Notes under the pieces: generated by a model
Database searches by the model: none
What the model was told of the DNA's origin: nothing
What the model saw: the letters and a program-made list of their open reading frames with translations, nothing else
Source: Phormidium sp.
Lineage (GTDB): Bacteria; Cyanobacteriota; Cyanobacteriia; Cyanobacteriales; Aerosakkonemataceae
Direction of reading: 5' to 3'
DNA length: 64,000 nucleotides
Assembly (NCBI GenBank): GCA_051013385.1
Contig: CP143273.1
Coordinates: 512,001 to 576,000 of the forward strand
Shown here: in pieces, positions 32,987 to 43,998 of the stretch
Layout: each line of letters starts with the position of its first letter
Numbering within the stretch: position 1 is the first letter of the stretch
Translations under genes and position numbers: made by a program

Positions 32987-33160
32987 AGGTTTAAGTAAAG
33001 GCAGAGGGCAGAAGGCAGAAGGCAGAAGGCAGAAGGCAGAAGGCAAGGAAGGGTAAAGGGTAAAGGTTAAACTCTGCTCCCATCTCCCCATCTCGCCATC
33101 TTCCTATTTCCCTTGCTCCTCTGCCCCTCTGCTCCTCTGCCCCTCTGCTCCCCTGCTGCC
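32898..33160. repeat. STRR-like 7-8 bp tandem repeats
   Basis: GGGGGCAG, AGGCAGA and CCTCTGC runs overlapping the ruvX 5' end and the GNAT 3' end. Confidence 0.8.
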
Positions 33161-34345
33161 GGAGTCCCCTTCTGGGCTATCGTAGTTGGTAGCCATTTCT
33201 CCTGCGGAAGTATGAGAGGGGGTTGATTCTGGGGTAGCTAGTTGGCGAGATTTTAACCAAGTCATTCGTCCGGGGACTGGTTGGCGCGATCGTTGTAAGC
33301 CTTGCAACATTTCTGAGAGTTGCAATCCTTCCAAGGCGAATTTAGATTCGCGGATTTTGTGCCAAACGGAACGAGACATTAATAGAGTGTGGGCGATTCT
33401 TTGTGCGCCAATTTGTTCTAAAAATTCTTCGCGTTCTGGTTGGTAGTCTGCTGAGGTTAGTTGTAAGGGTTGGGCGGGGAAGTCTTGGGCGATGCGTGCC
33501 ATTTGGGAGAGCAGTTCTGGATAGAGCCAGGTATAAGCTGGGTGAACTGTTAATTCAGCTTTGTGGGGTTCTTTTCCGCTGCGACTGAGTTGGAGTTGAA
33601 AATAACCGATCGCTGCCTTACGCTGGGGTTCAAATACATAACCGCTGACTACTTCGGTTTGGCTGAACCATTGGCGCATTCCTTCGATGAGGGCGCTGAA
33701 GAAACCTGTTTTAAAATCTTGGACGTGGCGATCGAATACTTGCCGCACTAATGGTGGCATTGCCGCTGTATCTAATTGATAGAGCAGTTGCGCGTCGGCG
33801 TTACTCACTGGGAGCAAGTTGGGTAAATCTGGCTCTCGTTCTTGCAGTTCTGCTAATAATGATGGTGAGATTTCCCAAGCGGTTAACTGCGCTAATGGTT
33901 GAAATCCATTTTGCCGATAGAGGGCTAAGGTATTTTTGTCGTTGATGTTAACTTCAAGCAACCAAGTGCGTGCTTCCCAGATTGTTTCAAAGCAGTGGCG
34001 TAGCAGTAGGGAACCAACTGCTTGGCTGCGTGTTTGGCGATCGACTATTACCCTTTCTACTCGCCATGTGCTGCGGGTACGATTAAATGGTTTAACTTGA
34101 ATCATGCCCCTAACTTGTTGTTCTTCCTGAGCAACATAAGCACATAATTCGTAGCGTAATGGGTTAGGAAATAGACTCAAAAATTTCCATAGCCCGTAGG
34201 ACTGGTTAAGCCGCTCTAGGTGTTCTTTTGTCTCATTCAGAGTTTCGAGGTTGTTTGCCTGTGCGATCGCACTTAGCGCTTCTAAGTCCCGGCGTTGTAG
34301 GGGACGGATCGCAACTTTTGGCTCCTGGGGTGGGAATGGGGTCAT
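33104..34345 (-). CDS. GNAT family N-acetyltransferase (conserved cyanobacterial type)
   Basis: VGSLLLRHCFE...WLLEVN...ALYRQNGFQ motif A/B. Confidence 0.85.
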   Translation of the reverse strand: MTPFPPQEPKVAIRPLQRRDLEALSAIAQANNLETLNETKEHLERLNQSYGLWKFLSLFPNPLRYELCAYVAQEEQQVRGMIQVKPFNRTRSTWRVERVIVDRQTRSQAVGSLLLRHCFETIWEARTWLLEVNINDKNTLALYRQNGFQPLAQLTAWEISPSLLAELQEREPDLPNLLPVSNADAQLLYQLDTAAMPPLVRQVFDRHVQDFKTGFFSALIEGMRQWFSQTEVVSGYVFEPQRKAAIGYFQLQLSRSGKEPHKAELTVHPAYTWLYPELLSQMARIAQDFPAQPLQLTSADYQPEREEFLEQIGAQRIAHTLLMSRSVWHKIRESKFALEGLQLSEMLQGLQRSRQPVPGRMTWLKSRQLATPESTPSHTSAGEMATNYDSPEGDSGSRGAEGQRSRGAEEQGK

Positions 34346-34968
34346 GTGTACTCAGGCTCTTCTTTTGCCTTGGGTAAGATTATTGCTGTAATATATTCTC
34401 ACTGGTTCCAGCCAGATTCTATTACAGCTAGGAAAGGGATTTATTTAATTTTCCACCTACAAAACTCCGCCCTTGAAAACGGGTTTTTTAGTTAGGGGGC
34501 TGCGGTATCTGGGTTTAGCTAAATGATTTGCTTCCCAGTTTCCCGCTGCTCTTGGTTTTTCAGACTAGTTGGCATTATCCAGTTTCAGTGTAGCACTCGA
34601 ACAGGGTGGGTTTTATTGGGTTAACATATTGAGACTATTTAAGCATTATTACTTAATCAATCATTTATTCGTTTTCCAGCTTCTGGAGATGGGTATCTGT
34701 TGGCATTAATTAAAAGTTGTCTTTCGGTGGTGCGATCGCTATTATTAAACAGAAAAATTTTCTTTGTCACTTCTCTAATATCTGTCAATGGTTGAATCGT
34801 TGCGCCTTCAATGCGGAAATGTTCGGAATGGCGATCGCAACTAATGAACCTACAATTTTTCTACTCTATCTTTAAATGCCAGAGTCTAACCTTATCGGAT
34901 TCATAAATGACAGGACTTATCCTGTAGCTATATTTCTTTTCAAGCTCTTTTATTGAATCCAAAGTATA

Positions 34969-35033
34969 GTAGGGTGCGTCAGACATTTAACTGAATTGTT
35001 TCCCCAGTAAATTTTCGCTCTGACGCACCCTAC
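34969..35033. repeat. REP doublet (GTAGGGTGCGTCAGA...TCTGACGCACCCTAC), left of RAYT
   Basis: 15-bp inverted arms beginning with GTAG. Confidence 0.9.
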
Positions 35034-35051
35034 TATTCTATAAGTATGAAA

Positions 35052-35603
35052 TTATTCATTGCCAACATTTTCAGGAATATTAGGTTCTATATTTGCACCC
35101 CAATCTACAGGATAAATTCCTTGTTTGACAAACCGATGAAAACTAGAAAATTCCCAATCTTTAGGAGATTGGCATAGTCCATGCTTTACAGGATTATAGT
35201 GAATATAATCACAATGATTATTAAAATCAGTTTCATCTTTAATTAAATGCTCCCAATAACGTCTTTGCCATAAGTTCTTTTCCTGACGCTTTTGGCGAGA
35301 TAGACTAATTTCGGTTGGTAATTGTAATTTATGCCCACAACTTCGAGTGACAAAATTTTTTAAATAACGCCAACGACCTACATAATTACTATCTCCTTCA
35401 GGTAAAGTCCAAATACAATGAAAATGATCGGGCAAAAGTACGATCGCATCTAGTGAAAATGGATACAATTTTTGCAATCTTTGTAAACCTTTTCGCAAAC
35501 TTTCTCGACTAATATCACTACATAGCCAGGGTATTCTTTGATAAGTTACTTGGGTAAAAAAATAAGTTGCCCCAGGTATGATTACTCTTCGATAATTAGG
35601 CAT
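35052..35603 (-). mobile_element. REP-associated tyrosine transposase (RAYT/TnpA-REP)
   Basis: YFFT, VLLPDHFH (HUH), WQRRYWEH and YIHYNPVKHG motifs; flanked by REP doublets. Confidence 0.92.
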
Positions 35604-35635
35604 AATAAGAAATCCAACTAAGATTATCTTACCTT

Positions 35636-35699
35636 GTAGGGTGCGTCAGAGCAAAAATTACTGGTAAAACAATACACTTAAATGTCTGACGCACCCTAC
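35636..35699. repeat. REP doublet, right of RAYT (inverted relative to left copy)
   Basis: Same arms; spacer is approximately the reverse complement of the left spacer. Confidence 0.9.
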
Positions 35700-35882
35700 A
35701 ACTTGATGTGTAAGATCAGATTTGTTTTTTTAAACAGATGACTTAATCGACTTTATGCAAAAAAATGCGAAACTTTCTCGCTTCACCTCAATATGTACAA
35801 AATCGTTATCCCATAACATACTGTCTCCTAAATAGCGATAAAGTAACTAATATAACTGAGAGATAGATTAGGAGAATAGTTG

Positions 35883-38492
35883 ATGTTGTCAGCTTATCGT
35901 CAGCAGGTAGAAGAACGGGCGAAATTGGGGATACCGCCGCTACCGCTTTCGGCGCAAGAGACTTCGGAACTTTGCGAGTTACTGAAAAATCCGCCTGCTG
36001 GGGAGGAGGAACACTTAGTGGAATTATTGCGCGATCGCGTTCCCCCCGGTGTAGATCCCGCTGCTTACGTAAAAGCTGGATTTCTCACCGCTATTGCCAA
36101 AGGGGAAATCACCAGTCCTTTGATTGCTCCTGAATGGGCGGTATATTTGTTAGGGACGATGGTAGGTGGATACAATGTGCAATCTTTGATTGAATTGTTG
36201 AAATCAAAAAATCCTGCCACTGCATCTAACGCTGCCTCAGCTTTAAGCAAAACATTGTTAGTTTTTGATGCTTTCAATGATGTAATTGAAATGTCAGATT
36301 CTAACCCTTATGCTAAACAAGTGGTTGACTCTTGGGCGAATGCGGAATGGTTTACTAGTCGTCCAAAATTACCAGAACAAATTACAGTAACGGTGTTTAA
36401 AGTTCCAGGGGAAACTAACACTGATGACTTATCTCCTGCAACCCATGCTACCACGCGCCCGGACATTCCTTTGCACGCTTTAGCAATGTTAGAAAGTCGG
36501 ATGCCTGGGGGTTTAGAAACTATTGCCGAGTTGAAGGAAAAAGGACATCCTGTTGCTTATGTTGGGGATGTAGTTGGTACTGGATCTTCGCGGAAATCAG
36601 CGATTAATTCGGTGTTGTGGCATATCGGTAATGATATTCCTTTTGTGCCGAACAAACGGGCGGGGGGATATATTTTAGGAAGTGCGATCGCTCCCATCTT
36701 TTTTAACACAGCTGAAGATGCAGGTGCATTACCCATTGAATGCGATGTTACCCAGCTAGAAACAGGCATGGTAATCAACATTTATCCCTACAAAGGAGAG
36801 ATTACCAACGAAGCAGGAGAAGTAATTTCCACCTTTACTTTAAAACCCGAAACTATCCTTGATGAAGTACGTGCAGGTGGGAGAATTCCCCTATTAATTG
36901 GACGTAGTTTAACAGACAAAACTCGCGAAGCTTTGGGAAGGGAACCTAGCACTTTATTCGTCCGTCCTCAACCTCCAGAAGATACAGGCAAAGGCTTTAC
37001 TTTAGCTCAAAAAATGGTCGGTAAAGCTTGCGGTTTGCCAGGGGTTCGTCCGGGAACTTCTTGCACACCAATCATGACAACTGTTGGTTCTCAAGATACC
37101 ACAGGTCCGATGACCAGAGATGAGTTAAAAGAACTCGCTTGTTTAGGATTTAGTGCCGATTTAGTAATGCAAAGTTTCTGTCATACTGCCGCATATCCTA
37201 AACCAGTTGACGTGAAAACTCACAAAGAATTACCTGATTTTATGGCACAACGGGGCGGTGTTTCTTTACGTCCGGGAGATGGGATTATTCACTCTTGGTT
37301 AAACCGAATGTTACTACCCGATACAGTAGGAACAGGCGGTGATTCTCACACTCGTTTTCCGTTAGGAATTTCCTTCCCCGCAGGTTCAGGTTTAGTAGCT
37401 TTTGCTGCTGCTTTGGGTGTCATGCCTTTGGATATGCCAGAATCAGTTTTGGTGCGTTTCAAAGGTGAATTGCAACCCGGAATTACCCTGCGAGATATTG
37501 TGAATGCAATTCCTTATGTAGCAATGCAAAAAGGTTTGCTAACTGTCGCTAAACAGAACAAGAAAAACGTCTTTTCCGGGCGAATTATGGAAATTGAAGG
37601 GTTGCCCGATTTAAAAGTTGAGCAAGCTTTTGAATTAACCGATGCTAGCGCTGAACGTTCTTGTGCTGGTTGCACAATTAAACTGAGCGTTGAGACAGTT
37701 TCGGAATATCTCCGTTCCAATATTGCACTGTTGAAAAACATGGTAGCGAGGGGTTATCAAGATGCCCGAACTATCATGCGTCGGGTGGCAAAAATGGAGG
37801 AATGGTTAGCAAATCCGGTGTTAATGGAAGGTGATGCTGATGCGGAGTATGCCGAAATAATTGAAATTGATTTAAATGAAATCAAAGAACCAATTGTAGC
37901 GGCTCCAAATGACCCGGATAATGTTAAGTTATTGTCGGAAGTTGCTAACGATCCAGTGCAAGAAGTATTCGTCGGTTCTTGTATGACGAATATCGGACAT
38001 TATCGCGCCACTGCGAAAGTTTTAGAAGGTGAAGGTTCAGTAAATACTCGGTTGTGGATTTGTCCGCCAACAAGGATGGATGAAAAGCAGCTGAAAGAAG
38101 AGGGATATTACGGGATTTTTGGTGCTGCTGGTGCGCGTACAGAAATGCCTGGTTGCAGTTTATGTATGGGTAATCAAGCGCGTGTGGCAGATGGTACAAC
38201 CGTGTTTTCAACTTCTACCCGAAATTTCAATAATCGCATGGGTAAAGATGCGCGAGTTTACCTTGGTTCCGCTGAGTTAGCTGCTGTTTGTGCGCTGTTA
38301 GGAAGAATCCCAACTGTGCAGGAATATCTGGAACTTGTGGCGAAGAAGATTAATCCTTTTGCTGGTGATTTGTATCGCTATTTGAACTTCGATCAAATTG
38401 CTGGTTTTGCGGATGAAGGACGGGTGATTCCGTTAGAAGATATGCCGCGAATTGAGGATATTTTGGGGATGCCTGTGAAGGCTGGTAAATAG
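35883..38492 (+). CDS. acnB: Aconitate hydratase B
   Basis: [28 protein letters not shown] and [10 protein letters not shown] motifs. Confidence 0.98.
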   Translation: MLSAYRQQVEERAKLGIPPLPLSAQETSELCELLKNPPAGEEEHLVELLRDRVPPGVDPAAYVKAGFLTAIAKGEITSPLIAPEWAVYLLGTMVGGYNVQSLIELLKSKNPATASNAASALSKTLLVFDAFNDVIEMSDSNPYAKQVVDSWANAEWFTSRPKLPEQITVTVFKVPGETNTDDLSPATHATTRPDIPLHALAMLESRMPGGLETIAELKEKGHPVAYVGDVVGTGSSRKSAINSVLWHIGNDIPFVPNKRAGGYILGSAIAPIFFNTAEDAGALPIECDVTQLETGMVINIYPYKGEITNEAGEVISTFTLKPETILDEVRAGGRIPLLIGRSLTDKTREALGREPSTLFVRPQPPEDTGKGFTLAQKMVGKACGLPGVRPGTSCTPIMTTVGSQDTTGPMTRDELKELACLGFSADLVMQSFCHTAAYPKPVDVKTHKELPDFMAQRGGVSLRPGDGIIHSWLNRMLLPDTVGTGGDSHTRFPLGISFPAGSGLVAFAAALGVMPLDMPESVLVRFKGELQPGITLRDIVNAIPYVAMQKGLLTVAKQNKKNVFSGRIMEIEGLPDLKVEQAFELTDASAERSCAGCTIKLSVETVSEYLRSNIALLKNMVARGYQDARTIMRRVAKMEEWLANPVLMEGDADAEYAEIIEIDLNEIKEPIVAAPNDPDNVKLLSEVANDPVQEVFVGSCMTNIGHYRATAKVLEGEGSVNTRLWICPPTRMDEKQLKEEGYYGIFGAAGARTEMPGCSLCMGNQARVADGTTVFSTSTRNFNNRMGKDARVYLGSAELAAVCALLGRIPTVQEYLELVAKKINPFAGDLYRYLNFDQIAGFADEGRVIPLEDMPRIEDILGMPVKAGK

Positions 38493-38551
38493 TTAAATTA
38501 AGGTGGGCAAAAGCCCACCTTAATTAAGTGATAAATAATAGGAGATTAGGT

Positions 38552-39007
38552 ATGATTCAGAGAGCGATCGCAACTCCCAATAGTCTCTACGAACAAGACT
38601 TTTATCTGTGGATAGAAACTACTGCTCAACAGTTAAAAGAAGGCAAATTTGATGAAGTAGATCTGACTAATTTAATAGAAGAAATTGAAAGTATGGGTAG
38701 AAGTGAAAAACGAGAATTGAAAAGTCGTTTAATTGTGCTTTTAATGCACTTGCTAAAATGGCAATATCAACCAGAAAAACGTAGCGAAAGTTGGCGTAGT
38801 ACTATCAGCGAACAGCGGATTTGTATTGAGGGATTACTAGAAGATAGTCCCAGCTTAAAACCTCTAATTTCCGAGGTGTTTGATGATTGTTATCAAAAAG
38901 CTCGTCTGAAAGCAGCGGATGAAACAGGAATTAAGTTAAACTTTTTTCCGAAAGAATCGCCTTTTACTTTAGAAGAAACTTTGCAAGCTAGTTTGTTAGA
39001 TTCATAA
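38552..39007 (+). CDS. DUF29 family protein
   Basis: LYEQDFYLW, NLIEEIESMGRSE and HLLKWQYQP motifs. Confidence 0.9.
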   Translation: MIQRAIATPNSLYEQDFYLWIETTAQQLKEGKFDEVDLTNLIEEIESMGRSEKRELKSRLIVLLMHLLKWQYQPEKRSESWRSTISEQRICIEGLLEDSPSLKPLISEVFDDCYQKARLKAADETGIKLNFFPKESPFTLEETLQASLLDS

Positions 39008-39037
39008 TATAAACACCATTTATTAACAGGTGAAGCA

Positions 39038-39304
39038 ATGGAATTTTATACGGTAGTACTCAGGCAAAGTGCAGGTTATTGGGTGGCTTTGTGTTTAGAG
39101 AATGGATTAGTAGGACAGGGAAGTAATGCAGATGACTCTATTAGCAAACTTAAAGAGGCTATAGAATCTTTTGAAGAGGTTTATGAAACAGAAACAAATG
39201 TTTATAATGCTCCGATTTGTATAGAAGAATTGCATGAATTTTTAACTATTGAGGGGGAGGATATTCGCTCAGATATTTATGAATTAAGGAAAGTTTATGC
39301 CTAA
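39038..39304 (+). CDS. HicB-like antitoxin
   Basis: WVALCLE...GQG...LKEAIE partial RNase H fold; overlaps the next gene. Confidence 0.7.
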   Translation: MEFYTVVLRQSAGYWVALCLENGLVGQGSNADDSISKLKEAIESFEEVYETETNVYNAPICIEELHEFLTIEGEDIRSDIYELRKVYA

Positions 39305-39536
39305 AAATATACCTTCCCTCAAACCGAAGCAGTTAATCAAAATTTTGGAAAGAGGTGGCTGTACATTTTATAGAGAGGGAAAAGGCGATCATTGTTTATA
39401 TATTCGTGAATTTGAGGATCAACGGAGAATTGTTCCTATTGATATGGGTGCCGGAGAAATGTCACCTGCTTATGTGTTGCGGATTTTTAGGCAATTTGGG
39501 TTTACTGATGAGGAGATTATTAACCTTTTAGGCTAG
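39297..39536 (+). CDS. HicA-like toxin
   Basis: LKPKQLIKILERGG...GKGDH dsRBD-like HicA motif. Confidence 0.75.
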   Translation: MPKNIPSLKPKQLIKILERGGCTFYREGKGDHCLYIREFEDQRRIVPIDMGAGEMSPAYVLRIFRQFGFTDEEIINLLG

Positions 39537-39569
39537 AGAAAACTGAATTTGTCACTACTTAAACAACTA

Positions 39570-40934
39570 TCAATTTTGGCGATAAATATTCAGATATTCC
39601 CGAAAAATCGGAGATAAATTAAACAAAATCTCTTCGCTTTCTATTTTTTTGAGCAAATAACGTTGATTTAAAGATAGTAACCCATTAATCAAATCCGTTG
39701 ACGACAAGGATAAACTTTGTCTTAATTCTTCTCTTGATGTCGGTTGATTAAATTTACTTAATTCTAAAAGTATCTGTTGTTCTACTGGGGTTAATCGGTC
39801 AAATAATTCACTTAATCGAAATTTGATATCTTCTGTTAAGTGTAAAGTCTCTTCTCTGACAAATTCATCGGCTTTGCCAAATAAAATATTTTTAATTAAA
39901 TTAGCAATATCTTTTAAATAAGCTGGATTACCTTCATATAATTCAATCAGCTTTGACCAGCTTTCTTCATCTTTTAAACCTAAAGCTTTGAGAATTTCGA
40001 TATCGTCTAATCCTGGTAATTCTAAGCACTTAATAGGATATAGTTCTTCGTCTAAGCAAAGCATTTCTTGGCATTGTTCTTGACTGATTAAGATTACGGT
40101 GCTTTGATGTTCGAGTTCGGTGATTTTTGTCAGGAAGGTTTTATAATTTTTGGTTTCAGTTTTGTATTGTCCGGCAAATTGTCCGCTGGTAAATAAGTCT
40201 TGCACGTCGTCAAGGATAATTAAACATCTTTGCTGGCGTAAAAGGTTGAGTAATTGAGTTAGTTTATTTTCGGTTTGAATAGGTTCGTAATTAATAAGGG
40301 TGAAAATATCAGTAATAATGTTGTCTAAGGATGGGGAGAGTTTGATACTTTTCCAGATGATTAGAGCGAATTCGTGTAGGTTTGAGTCAACGAACTGTTT
40401 AACTAGGGTGGTTTTACCAATTCCACTTAGTCCTAAAACTGAGATGAGGCGGGGGTTTTGAGTGGTTATCCAGTGGGAGAGGATTTGGAGTTGGGTTGTG
40501 CGATCGTAAAAATGTGTGATTTTCGGTGCTAGGGTTAAATCATACTGGGATTTTTTAGCCAAATCGATTTGAGCTTCTTTATTAGAACTAGTATCATTTT
40601 TTTGATTTAATGGACATAAATTAAAACTACTATTGATTCCTATGCAAAAAAAGGACGAGTTGGGCGAATATGAATTCTTTAATCTCTCTATTGTCGCGCA
40701 GAAATTTGATTTATTAACATCTTCTCCTAACTGTTCAGATAAAATTTTATATAATTCACGGCTAACATTGCCGATATGATTTTCACTATCATAGCCAAAC
40801 TCTTTAGCCATTTCAGCGTAAGTTTTACCGTGCCAAATTCCTTGAACTACATTCTTTTGCAAGTTATTGAGATGGTTCCCTGTATAGTTGAAAACTAACT
40901 CATCCACCAGTTGTAAAACTTCCGTTACAGTCAT
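39570..40934 (-). CDS. HTH + NB-ARC (STAND) ATPase, paralog 1
   Basis: N-terminal helix-turn-helix (KTYAEMAKE), Walker A GLSGIGKT, Walker B LIILDD, GNP motif; no WD40/TPR tail. Confidence 0.85.
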   Translation of the reverse strand: MTVTEVLQLVDELVFNYTGNHLNNLQKNVVQGIWHGKTYAEMAKEFGYDSENHIGNVSRELYKILSEQLGEDVNKSNFCATIERLKNSYSPNSSFFCIGINSSFNLCPLNQKNDTSSNKEAQIDLAKKSQYDLTLAPKITHFYDRTTQLQILSHWITTQNPRLISVLGLSGIGKTTLVKQFVDSNLHEFALIIWKSIKLSPSLDNIITDIFTLINYEPIQTENKLTQLLNLLRQQRCLIILDDVQDLFTSGQFAGQYKTETKNYKTFLTKITELEHQSTVILISQEQCQEMLCLDEELYPIKCLELPGLDDIEILKALGLKDEESWSKLIELYEGNPAYLKDIANLIKNILFGKADEFVREETLHLTEDIKFRLSELFDRLTPVEQQILLELSKFNQPTSREELRQSLSLSSTDLINGLLSLNQRYLLKKIESEEILFNLSPIFREYLNIYRQN

Positions 40935-41152
40935 AGAAACCAGGTAGAGCAAACTTTTCAGATATTATAGCCTAGTTTTATGCAAGATTATCAAGGGTTT
41001 TCAAGGGTTTTCGTTATGTTTTTTTTACAAAAGACAGTAGAAAAACAAGTTTTTTCGTGTGGCAGTGTTAAGACCGGGAGATTTAGACTCTTATAAGAAA
41101 AAGTAAAAGTATCTTATTCTCAACAGTCAATCTAAAGACAGCGTAATTATTT

Positions 41153-41800
41153 ATGTTTGACAAAATTTTAACTTTTGTGACTCCAGGCCCAATGACTGAA
41201 ACTTTCAGTTTTCGCGCAAGAGTCTTTTACAGTTGGATTAGTTTAGGAGTAATTCTAACATTAATTATGGCTATCAGATCTTTAATGTTAGGATACCCGA
41301 TAGATATTGAATCATTAATAGCATTACCAATTGTTTTTTGTTTATTTGGTTTATTCGGTCTAGGACTAGATTCTATTCGGGGACGTAGTTCTGAGTATCC
41401 GGGCTGGTACTGGTTGCTATTTCCAATTTTAACTTATTTAGTAATAGGTTTTGTGTTAAGCTTTGCGCTCATCGGTTTTCTTTTGGGATTTGGAGGAGTT
41501 AGATTACCACAACCGCCCAAAATGGTTCGTAACCCTAAATCTTCTAAAATAGATCCTCAAAAATTTCGGCAGGAACTTAAAAATATGAAAGCCGAAGAGT
41601 TACTAAAAGAGTTTGATAAACAGCTTAAAGAGATTGAGCAAAGTAATAAAATTAAGCCAGAAGAAAAGAAAGTTATTAAAAAACTTAAAGCCTTAGATCG
41701 TACAGGGTTACGTTCTGAACTAAGAGAAGCACTCAATGATGATGAAATGGAAATTTTATTTCTGCTAATTCTAAAATTACTTGGTTTTGAATTGAGGTGA
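41153..41800 (+). CDS. Hypothetical membrane protein
   Basis: Three hydrophobic segments and a charged helical C-terminus. Confidence 0.65.
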   Translation: MFDKILTFVTPGPMTETFSFRARVFYSWISLGVILTLIMAIRSLMLGYPIDIESLIALPIVFCLFGLFGLGLDSIRGRSSEYPGWYWLLFPILTYLVIGFVLSFALIGFLLGFGGVRLPQPPKMVRNPKSSKIDPQKFRQELKNMKAEELLKEFDKQLKEIEQSNKIKPEEKKVIKKLKALDRTGLRSELREALNDDEMEILFLLILKLLGFELR

Positions 41801-41804
41801 TCCA

Positions 41805-42407
41805 ATGGGTATCAGACAGTGGAGTAGATGTTATATTTCCGCATCAATTTGTCACAAATACAACAACATTAAGCCAGGTGAATACTTGGTTATGTATGAT
41901 GGGTCAACAGGAGAATTTATTATCAAAGATCCAATTCAGGGGAAGATTGTATATAACGAGCAGATTAACTCTCTTGAAGATCTAGCTTACCTTGCACCTA
42001 ATAAAGAAGCGTCTGAAGCTATCCAACGACTTCAACCTAAAAAACAACCATCACTAGGAGGAGGATATAACAATCACCATATCATTTTACACCATCTTTG
42101 GGATGAGTGCGAAATAACAATAAGAGCGGAAAGATATGGTGTTTTGAAGAAAGATGGTAATGAAAACTTAATGCCTCTACCAGACGAATTTCATGCCAAA
42201 AATCATGGCTTATCTTCACAATATTCTAGGACGCTTCGTCATCATTTAGAAAAGCGATGGAATCAGCTGGTTGATGCAGGTTTGGATGAAGATCCTAATG
42301 CAATTAGGGAAGCTCTTCTCGAAATTATAGAATTTATTAGAGAAGAATTAACAATTTTGTTAAAAGAGAAAGGAAAAACTATACGAAATTTCTATATGCG
42401 CGATTGA
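41805..42407 (+). CDS. AHH-like HNH/EndoVII nuclease domain protein
   Basis: NHHII...N(L)MPLP...H...HG...Y pattern of the AHH toxin family. Confidence 0.6.
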   Translation: MGIRQWSRCYISASICHKYNNIKPGEYLVMYDGSTGEFIIKDPIQGKIVYNEQINSLEDLAYLAPNKEASEAIQRLQPKKQPSLGGGYNNHHIILHHLWDECEITIRAERYGVLKKDGNENLMPLPDEFHAKNHGLSSQYSRTLRHHLEKRWNQLVDAGLDEDPNAIREALLEIIEFIREELTILLKEKGKTIRNFYMRD

Positions 42408-42656
42408 TAAATAATTTGTTGACCTTTTGAGTCTTTAATTTACAGAATGTGAGTGCGATCGCCCATCTCATACTTTCCATCAGACCAAAAAAGTTATTGA
42501 TCAGATAATCAAGTTAACTATCTGACGCACCCTACAAAGTTTTTTGATTTGATGCGATCGATATGCCTACGACAGGCTACGCCAACGCACTTTTCACCCG
42601 ACAAATGCGCTGTTAAATCTGGTCGAGAGAGAGGTTAGTTAGTGCGATCGCTCTTT

Positions 42657-42911
42657 TTAGATCGCAATTCGTTTAGAAGGTAAAGGAATTGACTTTTTCC
42701 CACTCTCATAAACAGTTTCTATCCATAACTCTCTCGCTTCATTAATATTTTCTAACGCTTCCTCTAAAGTTTCTCCCTGACTCATACAACCTGGAAGATC
42801 GGGAATAATTACTGTATATCCTCCATCATCTTCTGGGTAAATAGACATCGGATATTTTAAAGAAAGATAATATTCTAAAGGTTGATTTTCTAGTTGAGAA
42901 TTAGTTTTCAT
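42657..42911 (-). CDS. hicB: HicB family antitoxin
   Basis: GGYTVIIPDLPGCMSQGETLEEA motif. Confidence 0.9.
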   Translation of the reverse strand: MKTNSQLENQPLEYYLSLKYPMSIYPEDDGGYTVIIPDLPGCMSQGETLEEALENINEARELWIETVYESGKKSIPLPSKRIAI

Positions 42912-43152
42912 CTTTCCAATTTTCTAAATCTAATAATCTAATCGTTTCTTCAATATAAGTTCGTTTAACTTTTTTCCCGCCTTGTTTAGGGATAATAATA
43001 ACTTCTCCTTGTTCGTTCTCAAAGGAATGATGACTTCCCCGCGATCTAACTTCCTGATAACCGAACGCTTCTAAAACATAACTAATCTCTTCAAATCTGG
43101 CTTCAGGAGGACGGGAAAGAAGGTATTCAATTAATTTACTTAATTTACCCAT
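42901..43152 (-). CDS. hicA: HicA family toxin
   Basis: LEAFGY...RGSHH motif; overlaps hicB. Confidence 0.85.
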   Translation of the reverse strand: MGKLSKLIEYLLSRPPEARFEEISYVLEAFGYQEVRSRGSHHSFENEQGEVIIIPKQGGKKVKRTYIEETIRLLDLENWKDEN

Positions 43153-43171
43153 TGGCAGATTGTAGCATTTT

Positions 43172-43474
43172 TTAAACTACGTGGGCTTGGTTGCTGGAGT
43201 TGGTAGCGTGTGATCGTTGTAAGTTATTAATCGTTTGAATATCTTGTTCTAAATCTTCTTCAGTGTAGGGTAAGTAAGCTTGTTCTTGTTTCAAGAATTG
43301 ATATGTTTCCCATCGGGAAGAAAAGTTTAGCATTCTGTGAACTTCACCTGCTCCAATCCTACCTTGACGATAATAATCGGCTGCAATCAGTTCTAAAACT
43401 CTGCGGCAAATGTTGGTGCGTTGCAGTTGTAATTTATTGGCGATATCATCGGGAAGTTCGAGGGTAATTTGCAT
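43172..43474 (-). CDS. UPF0175 family antitoxin (orphan copy, altered C-terminus)
   Basis: Near-identical to 53452-53721 up to TINNL, then unrelated; no DUF3368 partner here. Confidence 0.8.
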   Translation of the reverse strand: MQITLELPDDIANKLQLQRTNICRRVLELIAADYYRQGRIGAGEVHRMLNFSSRWETYQFLKQEQAYLPYTEEDLEQDIQTINNLQRSHATNSSNQAHVV

Positions 43475-43552
43475 AAGTTATACTCCTTCTATTATGTTTA
43501 AGAGGTTATTTCAAATTTATTAGTAAATCTGACTGAAATTTGATGGAAATTA

Positions 43553-43801
43553 TTAGTCATCTATTCTTTCCCATAATTCAGAAATAGGTCGCGTTTCTTC
43601 GGCTTTTACTTGTTGTAAAGAGCGTCTTAAACTTGCTTTAATTTCTGCAACAGGGGTATCATCAGGATCGGATTCAGTCTCAGAGTCATTAGTTAATAAA
43701 ACAATCACTTTAACTCGACTTGGTGTAGAAATATTCAAATTATGATCTAAAATTATTTGACCTTTTTCATCAATTGTTCCCATCACTTCAAAGGCTTGCA
43801 T
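43553..43801 (-). CDS. Putative antitoxin
   Basis: MQAFEVMGTIDEKGQ...RPISELWE, a cyanobacterial TA-associated type; overlaps a 20-codon downstream stub. Confidence 0.6.
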   Translation of the reverse strand: MQAFEVMGTIDEKGQIILDHNLNISTPSRVKVIVLLTNDSETESDPDDTPVAEIKASLRRSLQQVKAEETRPISELWERIDD

Positions 43802-43839
43802 TGTAGTATTTCCTCAAGTAGTCAAGTTAATTAATTTAA

Positions 43840-43998
43840 TCATAGCAGGTGGTATTGATTTGTTGAATGCGATCGCACTAGATAACGCTCCAAGCGAGTA
43901 TTGTCTTGATTTAACAACAAATCCAGAGCTTTTTTTGACAGTTTGGCTGGATCGCTATCCCACCAAATAAACGTATGAGTATCTAACAGCAATTTCAT
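43840..43998 (-). pseudogene. VapC/PIN toxin, N-terminal fragment
   Basis: MKLLLDTHTFIWWDSDPAKLSKKA...; ATGA overlap with the upstream antitoxin; similarity lost just before HIP1 at 43869-43876. Confidence 0.85.
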
